This document shows positions 8,560 through 17,600 of a stretch of 64,000 bases of DNA, one piece after another (positions within the stretch are counted from its first letter, which is position 1; each line of letters starts with the position of its first letter). The notes under the pieces were generated by a model, which saw only the letters and a program-made list of their open reading frames with translations, did not search any database and was not told the DNA's origin. A program made the translations under genes and the position numbers. Source of the DNA: Gemmatimonadota bacterium (GTDB lineage: Bacteria; Gemmatimonadota; Gemmatimonadetes; Gemmatimonadales; GWC2-71-9); NCBI GenBank assembly GCA_020350425.1, contig CP070716.1:1232564-1296563 (forward strand), read 5' to 3'.

Positions 8560-11500
8560 ATGCGCTTGCTGGTTCGTGCGTGCGTCGCCGCAGGAGCTTG
8601 CGTGCTCCTGGCGGCCGCGGTTGCCGGGCCGTTGACGGCCCAGGGCGTGACCACGGCAGCCGTACGTGGCACCATCGTGGACGAGGCAGGGGCACCCGTC
8701 GAAGGGGCCAACCTGACCCTCACCAACACCGCCACAGGGCAGCGGTACGCCGGTGTGTCGCGCGGCGACGGCCGGTATAACATCGAGAACGTAGCGGTAG
8801 GCGGTCCCTATGTGCTGGAAGCGCGCGCGCTCGGCTACCAGGCGTCCCGCCGCGAGGGGTTCTCGCTTGCACTGGGCCAGGCGCTCGAGCTCAACTTCGA
8901 CATGAGCCGAGCCGTTGTGGTGCTCGAGGCCATCACGGTCACGGCCGAGGAACAGGATCCCCTGACGGCGGTCTCCCGCACGGGGACCAGCACGTTCGTG
9001 TCGGACAGCGCCATTCGGCGGCTGCCGACCCTGAACCGCAACTTCACCGACTTCGTGATCACGTCACCGCAGGTCGCGAACGCGGCGGGCCTCTCCTACG
9101 GCGGCGGCCACCGCAAATTGAACAACATCCAGATCGACGGGACGTCCAACAACGACCTGTTCGGCCTGGGCGATACGGGCCAGCCGGGCGGCCAGGTGGA
9201 CGCCAAGTCCATCACGCTCGAGGCAGTGAAGGAGTATCAGGTACTCATCGCGCCGTACGACGTGCGGCAGAGCGGGTTCAGCGGCGGGCTGGTGAACGCG
9301 GTAACGCGCCACGGAACGAACACGTGGCACGGATCGCTCTTCTGGTACTATCAGCACGATCGCTTCGTGCGCGATACGCTCGTCTCGAAAGTCGGTGAGG
9401 AAGTTGTCTCGGAGTCGGCGTTCGGGAAGTTCCGTCAGCATCAGCAGGGATTCCGGCTGAGCGGCCCAATCATCCGCGACAAGCTGATGTTCTTCGTGGC
9501 GGGCGAGTGGCAGACGCGCGACGTGCCGAACAGCGGCATCGCGGTCGGACGGGAGAGCCCGGGTCTGACGGGGATCGCGCCCGACTCGGCGCAGCGTGTG
9601 GTGGAGATCTTCGAGAACGTGTACGGCACGAATCCGGGATCCCCCAACGAGCTGACGCTCAACACCCCCAACCGGAACATCTTTGCCCGCCTCGACTGGC
9701 AGATGAGCAACAACCACCAGTTGACGCTCCGCTGGAACCACGTGAAGGCGTCCGACGACATCCTGTCGCGCGGTAACGCCGGCTTCTACGGCTACAGCTC
9801 GTTCAACTACGCCATCAACAACAACAGCAACTCCTTCGCCCTCCAGCTGAACTCGAACCTGGGCGGTGGCAAGTTCTACAACGAGCTACGCGTCGGCTGG
9901 CAGCGGATCCGGGACCGGCGCGCGCCGCAGGACCCCCTGGCTCGCGACAGCGTCGCCATCAAGCCGCAGATCGAAGTCCGCAACTCCAGCTTTATCGATC
10001 CGACCCAGCCGAGCGTGTTCAACCAGTTCGTGATCGGCGGTGACCGCTTCTCGCACCGCAACGAGCTGGACCAGGACATCTTCGAGCTGGACGACGCGCT
10101 GACGTGGGCGACCGGGGCGCACACCCTGACGTTTGGAACGCACAACGAGTGGATCACCTTCCGGAACCTGTTTTTCCACTCGGCCGACGGGTACTGGCGC
10201 TTCAACACGCTTGCCGACCTGGAGGCCGGCACCCCGGCGTTCTACCGCACGCAGATTCCCTACTCGGACGCGGCGGCGGGCGTGCCGGGCAGCCTCGTGA
10301 AGGACGTGCCGGTGGCCGACTTCGGCGTTCTCCAGCTGGGCCTGTACGCACAGGACCAGTGGGAGGTTACCCGTAACCTCCGCGTCACGCTCGGGCTGCG
10401 GGTGGACGTGCCGGTCACGCTGGAGTCGCCGGCGTACAACGGCCTGGTGGATTCGACCCTGGGGATTCGCACGGACGACGTCCCGACGGGCAACATCCAC
10501 TGGTCGCCGCGCGTCGGCGTGAACTGGGATCTGATGGGCACCCGTGCGACGATCGTGCGCGGCGGCGCGGGGTTGTTCACCGGCCGCATGCCGTACGTGT
10601 GGCTGAGCAACGCCTACACGAATACCGGGCGCGAGGTGCTCGAGGTCAACTGCACCGGGGCGGAGATCCCCGTATTCGACGAGTCGGTGTTCCAGAATGC
10701 CCCGACCGGCTGTCGCACCACCAGCGGAGTGTCGGTGCCTTCGGCCCAGGTGAATGTGTTCGATCCCGGCTTCAGGTTCCCGCAGTACATCAAGGCGTCG
10801 CTCGCGGTGGACCAGCGGCTGCCGTGGGACATGCTGGGCACGGTCGAGTTCCTCTACACGCGGGGCGTAAACACCATCCTGCAGCGGGAAGAGAACCTCG
10901 TGCAGACGCCGATCGCCACGAACAGCGAAGGCCGCATGATGTTCGGCACGCTGAATCCCGCCAACGGCGACGCGACGCCGCAGCGCCTCACCGACCAGCT
11001 GCCGCAGGTGATCAACCACACCAATGCCAACAAGGACTGGTCGTACCAGATCACGGCGCAGCTGCAGAAGCGCTTCGGCCAGGGCTTCGAGTTCAACGCC
11101 GGGTACACCTATTCGAAGGTGCGCGACCTGGCGAGCCTCACGTCCAGTATCGCCAGCTCCAACTTCGGGTTCAGCCCCGTGGCCAAGGGCGGCAACCCGA
11201 ACGACCGCACCCTGGGCATCTCGACGTGGGAAGTGCCGCACAAGATCTCGGTGAGCGGTACGGCGAACATCAACATCCCGAACCTGCCGACCTCGTTCAC
11301 GGTGATCTACGTCGGGCAGTCGGGGCTCCCGTACACCTGGACGATCGACGGCGACGCCAACGCCGATGGCTACGAAGCGGCCAACATCGGCGGGCGGCGC
11401 AACGACATCGTGTACGTACCGCAGGCGAGCGGCACGGACATCACGATGACGAGCGCCAATGACCTCACGGCGTACAACGCGCTCATCGAGAGCGAGCCCT

Positions 11501-11850
11501 GCCTGGTCGAGGCGCGGGGCACGATCCCCGACAAGAACACTTGCCGCAACCCCTGGTTCAACCGGCTGGACGCCAACATTCGGGTTTCGCTCTACGCGCT
11601 GGGCGGCGGCGCGCACAACTTCTCGCTCGTGTGGGATGTGTTCAACGTGCTGAACCTGATGAACGGCGAGTGGGGCCAGTCCAAGACCGTTGTGGGCTTC
11701 AGCGACGACATCCTGCAGATCGTGGGCTACGACACGGCTAACGATCGGCCGGTCTACCGCTACGCCGGACCGGACCCCGTATCGAAGTACACGTTCTCGA
11801 ATTCGTTTTCCCGCTGGCGCATGCAGTTCGGCCTGCGATACGACTTCTGA
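8560..11850 (+). CDS. Oar-like TonB-dependent outer-membrane receptor with carboxypeptidase-regulatory-like N-domain
   Basis: AAGGAGAG RBS then ATG 8560. Signal peptide ...AGPLTA|QG. RGTIVDEAGAPVEGANLTLTN domain, plug region, about 1100 aa, terminal ...FGLRYDF (C-terminal Phe). Confidence 0.85.
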   Translation: MRLLVRACVAAGACVLLAAAVAGPLTAQGVTTAAVRGTIVDEAGAPVEGANLTLTNTATGQRYAGVSRGDGRYNIENVAVGGPYVLEARALGYQASRREGFSLALGQALELNFDMSRAVVVLEAITVTAEEQDPLTAVSRTGTSTFVSDSAIRRLPTLNRNFTDFVITSPQVANAAGLSYGGGHRKLNNIQIDGTSNNDLFGLGDTGQPGGQVDAKSITLEAVKEYQVLIAPYDVRQSGFSGGLVNAVTRHGTNTWHGSLFWYYQHDRFVRDTLVSKVGEEVVSESAFGKFRQHQQGFRLSGPIIRDKLMFFVAGEWQTRDVPNSGIAVGRESPGLTGIAPDSAQRVVEIFENVYGTNPGSPNELTLNTPNRNIFARLDWQMSNNHQLTLRWNHVKASDDILSRGNAGFYGYSSFNYAINNNSNSFALQLNSNLGGGKFYNELRVGWQRIRDRRAPQDPLARDSVAIKPQIEVRNSSFIDPTQPSVFNQFVIGGDRFSHRNELDQDIFELDDALTWATGAHTLTFGTHNEWITFRNLFFHSADGYWRFNTLADLEAGTPAFYRTQIPYSDAAAGVPGSLVKDVPVADFGVLQLGLYAQDQWEVTRNLRVTLGLRVDVPVTLESPAYNGLVDSTLGIRTDDVPTGNIHWSPRVGVNWDLMGTRATIVRGGAGLFTGRMPYVWLSNAYTNTGREVLEVNCTGAEIPVFDESVFQNAPTGCRTTSGVSVPSAQVNVFDPGFRFPQYIKASLAVDQRLPWDMLGTVEFLYTRGVNTILQREENLVQTPIATNSEGRMMFGTLNPANGDATPQRLTDQLPQVINHTNANKDWSYQITAQLQKRFGQGFEFNAGYTYSKVRDLASLTSSIASSNFGFSPVAKGGNPNDRTLGISTWEVPHKISVSGTANINIPNLPTSFTVIYVGQSGLPYTWTIDGDANADGYEAANIGGRRNDIVYVPQASGTDITMTSANDLTAYNALIESEPCLVEARGTIPDKNTCRNPWFNRLDANIRVSLYALGGGAHNFSLVWDVFNVLNLMNGEWGQSKTVVGFSDDILQIVGYDTANDRPVYRYAGPDPVSKYTFSNSFSRWRMQFGLRYDF

Positions 11851-11867
11851 TCGAGAGCGGTGTCACT

Positions 11868-11908
11868 GGAACGAAGCGGGGGCTCACACGAGCCCCCGCT
11901 TCCGTTCC
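11868..11908. terminator. Long hairpin between convergent genes (candidate bidirectional terminator)
   Basis: GGAACGAAGCGGGGGCTC-acac-GAGCCCCCGCTTCCGTTCC: about 18-bp stem with one bulged C. Confidence 0.55.
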
Positions 11909-11938
11909 TGCCGTTGCGCCCATGCGCCGATCCCGGGC

Positions 11939-13021
11939 CTACGTCGGCGCCCGCCGGAACATCCACAGCCCGGTGACGCCGAACAGGATGTTGGGTACCC
12001 AGGCTGCGAGCGTCGGGGGTACCAGACCGCCCGAGCCGATGGTGCGGGAGAGCTGGACCAGTACCAGGAACACGATGGCGGTGCCGAGGGCCACCGCCAC
12101 GCCCCACGCGCCGCTCACTCGCGGGCCGCTGGCCACGAACGGAATGGCGAAGAACGCGATGATGATGCAGGTGACCGGGACGGCGATCTTCAGAGCCTGC
12201 TCCACTCGCAGGAGGCGTCCGTCGCCGCCCGACCGCTCTAGGGCATCCACGTACCGCCCCAACTCGGCGTAGCGCATCTCCTGGGGTTTCTTGGGTTCCA
12301 CCAGGAGCTCGGCGGGGCCCTCCACCAGGCTGCGCAGCCGCATCGAGTCGAACGCAAAGGCCACCTCGGTCGGTGCTCCGGTGATCACCCGCAGGCGGCC
12401 GTCGGCCAGCATCCAGCGAGCCTCGGTGGAATCCCAATGCGCGCGGCGCGCCTGCACGGCGAGCGTCGGATAGGCCGGGCCGGTGCCCTCCCGTTCCAGC
12501 ACCAGGTCCCGCATCTGGGAGCGCATGGCGTTGAGTTGCCGCACCTGGTAGACCCATCCCTCTTCGGCGCGGTACACGAAGTTGTAGCGGGCTGTCTGGG
12601 ACCGGCGCGGTTCCTCCTCCAGCAGCTCGAGTTGGCGGCGCGTGGCCGGCGGCGTGAGCTCACCGATGATCAGCCCCAGCCCGGCGGCCACGGTGGCCGC
12701 GAACAGCACCGGGAGCACCACCCGATGCATGCCGCGGCCGGACGCCTTGGCCGCCGTGAGCTCGGAATGGCGATTCATGTTTCCCACGCTGAACACCGTG
12801 GCGAACAGCACGGCCGCGGGGAGGATGAGAAAGATCCGGTCGGGTAGGCTGAAGAAGTACCCAAGCGCGATCGCGGTGGGTGCCAGGTCCTTGATGAGGT
12901 ACTCGTCCAGCTTCTCCGCGAGCTCGATGATGATGACGAATAGCGGGAGTCCCAGCGCCGCGAGCACGAAGATCTTCACCCACTCCTTCAGAAGGTATCG
13001 GTCCAGGATGCGCGGGATCAC
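11939..13021 (-). CDS. LptF/LptG-family LPS export permease (360 aa)
   Basis: GTG 13021 (VIPRILDRYLLKEW...) overlaps the upstream stop (GTGA). YjgP/YjgQ N-terminus and 6-TM layout. The 5' 237 codons of ORF 11939..13732 are off-frame over the neighbour. Confidence 0.75.
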   Translation of the reverse strand: MIPRILDRYLLKEWVKIFVLAALGLPLFVIIIELAEKLDEYLIKDLAPTAIALGYFFSLPDRIFLILPAAVLFATVFSVGNMNRHSELTAAKASGRGMHRVVLPVLFAATVAAGLGLIIGELTPPATRRQLELLEEEPRRSQTARYNFVYRAEEGWVYQVRQLNAMRSQMRDLVLEREGTGPAYPTLAVQARRAHWDSTEARWMLADGRLRVITGAPTEVAFAFDSMRLRSLVEGPAELLVEPKKPQEMRYAELGRYVDALERSGGDGRLLRVEQALKIAVPVTCIIIAFFAIPFVASGPRVSGAWGVAVALGTAIVFLVLVQLSRTIGSGGLVPPTLAAWVPNILFGVTGLWMFRRAPT

Positions 13022-14511
13022 GGCGCGCCCCGCTTCCTGAGTCGGCGCCACAGCCGCACCGGTAGCGGCGGGGGCGGGGTCGTCCCCTGGCGCTGTACCA
13101 ACCACAGGCCGCCGAGTCCGAGCGCTCCCATCAGGATGTTCGAGGCATACATGGCCACGAACGGGTGGACGACCAGCCGGTTGGCCAGGGACTCGCCGGC
13201 GATGAGCCCGACGTAGTACACTGCGAAGACCGCCATTCCGGCTCCCAGCACCAGGCCCATGCCGCCGCGGGGGAAGCGCAACGCCAGCGGCACGCCCACG
13301 AGCACGAACACGATGCACGCCAGCGCGATCGACCCCTTCTTGTGGAGCTCCACGAGGTAGACCGACTCGCGCGTGAGGGCGGTCTTGGAGCGGTCCCGCA
13401 GGAGCCGTATCTCGTTGGAGCGATCGCGCGGACGCACGCGGCGCACGACCGGAGCGGCCTCGTAGCCCTCGTCGATGCCCACGTCCGGGCGCCGCATGGC
13501 CGAGTCGCGCTGCGCTTCCTGCGCTTCGAGCTCGGTCGGCGTGATCCACGACTTGACCAGGGCCAGCGCCCGGCAGTAGAGGTTGCGGCGCGGGGGGGAG
13601 ATCGCGGTATCGACGGGAATCTCCGGGAGGCCCACCAGCGCGCGGAGGCCGTTGAGTTCGGCGCCGTCGGCCTGCCGCTCGAGGCGGAGCCGGTCGCGCC
13701 GCGCGTCGAGCACGACCTCCTCCAGCTGGCACACCCCCAGCTCGCGGTCGCCCCGGTAGTCGTCCGTCTCCCGGCGCACGAACTCGCTGCCCACTCCCCG
13801 GACGAGGATCAACTGGCGGGTGAAGTCGGTTTGCTGGAAGGTACGGGGGTCGTTCCGATCGAACTCGTGGATCGAGCCATCGTACAGGGTGAAGTACAGA
13901 TCCTCCTGATTGGGGGCAAAGGCGAGGTATCCACTATCGGCGTAGATCGTGCGGTTGCGCACCGCCTCCTCGAGGTTGTACAGGGTAACGTCGCGCAGCT
14001 GGTAGGTTGCCGGGTCGATGTGCGCCGTGCGCAGCATGACCCGCCCGCTCTGGACCTCGTTGATCACGTGCGGCTTGATGGAGAAGGTCGGCTTGGTGCG
14101 GTAGATGTCGGTCATCAAGCTGCGCAGCCGGTGATTGGTCCGGGGCAGGATCTGATCGTTGAACACGAAGGAGATCAGGGCCACGAGGGTGCCGGCGACG
14201 AGGAGCGGCCGCAGCAGCTGCCCGAGGGAGACGCCGCCGGCCCGCATGGCGGTCACCTCGCGGTCGCCCGACATAGTGCTCATCGTGTAGAGCACGGCCA
14301 CCAGCACGGACATCGAGAGGGTGATCGCGATGAGGAACGGGATGGTGAGCAGGAAGAACTCCAGGATCACCGACCAGGGGAGGCCCTTGCCCATCAAGTC
14401 GCCGAGCTTCCGCGCGATCTGGCGGATCAGCTCGAAGCACGTCAGCGCCGAGAGGGCGAAGAAGAAGGGCCGCGCGTGCTGCTTCAGCAGATACCTGGTC
14501 AGGATCCTCAT
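13018..14511 (-). CDS. LptF/LptG-family LPS export permease, enlarged (497 aa)
   Basis: MRILTRYLLKQHARPFFFAL... is a YjgP/YjgQ-type N-terminus. Long charged insertion in the periplasmic domain. Confidence 0.75.
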   Translation of the reverse strand: MRILTRYLLKQHARPFFFALSALTCFELIRQIARKLGDLMGKGLPWSVILEFFLLTIPFLIAITLSMSVLVAVLYTMSTMSGDREVTAMRAGGVSLGQLLRPLLVAGTLVALISFVFNDQILPRTNHRLRSLMTDIYRTKPTFSIKPHVINEVQSGRVMLRTAHIDPATYQLRDVTLYNLEEAVRNRTIYADSGYLAFAPNQEDLYFTLYDGSIHEFDRNDPRTFQQTDFTRQLILVRGVGSEFVRRETDDYRGDRELGVCQLEEVVLDARRDRLRLERQADGAELNGLRALVGLPEIPVDTAISPPRRNLYCRALALVKSWITPTELEAQEAQRDSAMRRPDVGIDEGYEAAPVVRRVRPRDRSNEIRLLRDRSKTALTRESVYLVELHKKGSIALACIVFVLVGVPLALRFPRGGMGLVLGAGMAVFAVYYVGLIAGESLANRLVVHPFVAMYASNILMGALGLGGLWLVQRQGTTPPPPLPVRLWRRLRKRGAP

Positions 14512-14605
14512 CGCACGCCGTAACTTACTTGCCTGTAATGATTTGAGCCGGCATTATATTGCCGATTCTCACCGCTAACAAGGTATACCCCGCTTTCAGG
14601 GCAAC

Positions 14606-17600
14606 GTGTCCCGCCGCTGCGCAGCGCTCGCACTGACGACCGCGATCCTCGTGGCGGGTCCCGTCGTGGCACAGGAGCCCGGCGCCCCGGCGCCGCGGCT
14701 GCGTATCCGGCTCTCGGAGGAGCCGCTCTCTCTGAGAAGATACGTTGCCCTCGAGCCCGGCGGGTGGCTGGGACCGAGCACGACCCCGGAGTTGGCGGGG
14801 CAACGGTGGGCCGCAGCGACGCGAGCGCTGCTCGCCCGCCGCCGCGATGCTCGGTACCAGGCGCGCCTGCTGGCAGCCCTGTCTCCTCCCGCGCCGGCTC
14901 CACGCGACACCGTACGCCGACGGATTCCGATTCCGCGGCCTGAGGAGATCGCCGAGCTCGAGGTGGAGGAGCCGGCGACCCTCGAAGCGTTGGAGCGCTA
15001 CGCCGATCTGGGGCTCGATCTCCAGTCACGCCTCGTGATGAAGTTCGACCGGCTGCGGAATGCGCGCTGCACCGCCACCGACGTCAACACCCCCGGCTCC
15101 GGGTGCCAGGACGGGTTTCCCACGCCGAGCTTCGATGAGGACTTCCGCGTGCTGGCCGGGGGGATCGTCGCCGATCGGTTCCACGTGAACGTGGACTTCG
15201 ATACGCAGCGCGAGTTCAGCGTCAACAACAACATCAACTTCTGGTATCAGGGCCTCGAAGACGAGATCCTGCGCCGAGTGGAAGTGGGCAACGTCACCTT
15301 CCGTGCCCCACCATTCCGGTTCATCACCGCCGCGATCCCGGCCAATTCGTTCGGTGTCCAGGCGGAGGCCCAACTCGGTCCGTTGGACGTGAGCACGATC
15401 TTCGCGCAGCAGAAGGGCTCGGCGGTGCGCACTCGCACCTTCCGCGTGGGGGACGCCACCACGCAGCCGGTGTCGTTCGAGGCGCGCGATATCGACTTCG
15501 AGAGTGGCCGCTTCTTCTTCGTGGTCAATCCGCGTGCGCTGCCCGGATACCCGGCGCTCGACGTGCTCGACATCGTGCCCGAGATCCTACCGGACACGCT
15601 GCGCCCCACCGCGGTGCGAGTCTACCGGCTGCGGGCCCAGGTAGGGCGCGACGAGGACAACCCCAACCTGGGCGGCATCGAGGCCGTCGCCTTGCGGAGC
15701 GACAGCCCGCAGCGCGTTGGCCCCTTCAGCTGGGAGCTGCTGGTCGAGGGCCGCGACTACTACCTGGATCCCTCCGGAGTGTGGTTCGCGTTGGCCAATC
15801 GGCTCGGCACCGACGACTTCCTCGCCGTCTCCTACACGCGGGCCTCGGGCGATACCGTGGGCACGTTCCCGGCGGTGAACGGGACGGGCGACACGCTCGA
15901 GCTGGTGTACGAGCCGCGCCGCGGCCCCGGCGTGCCCACCTACTTCCACGAGATGCGCAACGCATACCGGATCGGCGGGAGCGGGATCACCCGGAACACG
16001 ATTCGGCTCGCGATCGTGGTGAACCAGTCCGAGCAGCCGCTCGGGGGGAGCGGCACCTACCTGTCACGGCTGGGACTGGCGGCCGCCGTCGATCCGTCCA
16101 CCATCGACGAGTTCAACCGGGTCTTTCCCCGCACGCGCGATCCCAACAATGGGGAGCCGGTGCATGACTACTTCGTGGTGTTCCCCCACCTCACTCCGTT
16201 CGCCGACTCCACCGTGCTCGCCCCAGGGGACCGCAATGACTCGCTCTACCGCACCCCCACCTATCTGCTGGTGAGCGAAGCGCCCCCGCCGCTCTTTCAT
16301 CTCCGCCTCGCGTACGAGGCGAGCGGAGCCGGGGATCGCTCCAATCTGAGCCTGGGCGCGCTCCAGGTGCGCGAGGCGAGTGAGAAGCTGTTCATCGGGG
16401 AGCGGGAGCTCGTGCGGGGACGGGACTACGAGATCGATTATGAGCTGGGTCAGGTGCGCTTTCTCAGCCCGGACTCGCTCTTCTTCGGCCCCACCGAGGT
16501 GCGCGCCCAGTTCGAGGAGAACCAGCTGTTCGACTTCGCGCCCAAGACCATCTTTGGGCTCGCCAGCACCTACCACCTGGGCCCCGAGAGCCGCCTCTAC
16601 GGCATCGGGTTGTTCCAGCGCGACCGGACCAGCCTCACACGGCCCCAATTGGGGTTCGAGCCGCAGGCTGGGTTCATGGGCGGCCTGGGCGCCGAGCTGC
16701 AGTTCCGCGGCGAAGGGCTGACGCGGGTGCTGGATGCGCTGCCCCTGATCGAGACCAGCGTCCCCTCGCGCCTGAATGTCACCGGGGAAATCGCGGTGTC
16801 CAATCCGAACCCGAACAGCACCGGCATCGCGTACGTGGAGGACTTCCAGCAAGAGGCCGCCTTCAAGGTTCCGCTCGGGGAGCGGGAGTTTCAACTGGGA
16901 AGCACGCCGTCCTCGGGTCACGGCCTGCCGCCGAGCTATCTCGCAGGAGGGACCGACTTCTCCGACCAGGACGCCGTCCCGCTGGTGTGGCAGAACCTGG
17001 TACAGACGCCGGCCGGCGTGCGGGAGTTCCGGCCGCAGGAGATCGACAGCACCATCGTGCTCACCGGCACCGGCATTTCGATCGAGCCGACTCTGTGGCT
17101 CACCCTCAAGCCAGACACGGTGGGTGGCGCGCCCGATCCGATCACGGGGGCGCCCCGCTGGCTCCTGCCCCACACGCCGGGGCCCCGCTGGCGCAGCCTG
17201 ACGCAATCGTTCGGGTTCGGCTCGGGGGTGGGGGTCGACTTCTCCCGCTCGGAGTTCATGGAGTTCTGGGTGCTCGAGGACGCCGCGATGCAGGCCCGGC
17301 AGCAGAGCGCCGTGCTGGTGATCGATCTCGGCACGGTGTTCGAGGATGCGGCCCGTCCGGCGCCCACCTCGTTCCGTGTTCAGGGCAGCGACACCCTGTT
17401 CACGGGGCTCCAATTCGAGGGCGCCGGCGTACTCGACAGCGAACGCGATTCGCTCACGGCAGTGTACAACGCGCTCGGAGACGACGTCGGGATTCGGGGA
17501 GATCTCGTGGGCACGATCTTCGACGAGACGAGCGGAGCGACCGTGAGCGACCTCCCCTTGTGCAGCCTGGAGGACATCGCGGGCCTGCCCACCCTGCCCC

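Noticed and set aside
9886-11616. 576-aa ORF antisense to the TonB-dependent receptor
   Set aside because: The product is low-complexity and Arg/Val/His-rich. The opposite strand encodes a recognisable receptor ending in a C-terminal Phe.
14550-14562. Sigma54-like GGCA-N7-TGC upstream of the SprA-like gene
   Set aside because: The GG-to-GC spacing is one nucleotide shorter than the invariant -24/-12 spacing, and the flanks deviate from TGGCAC/TTGC.
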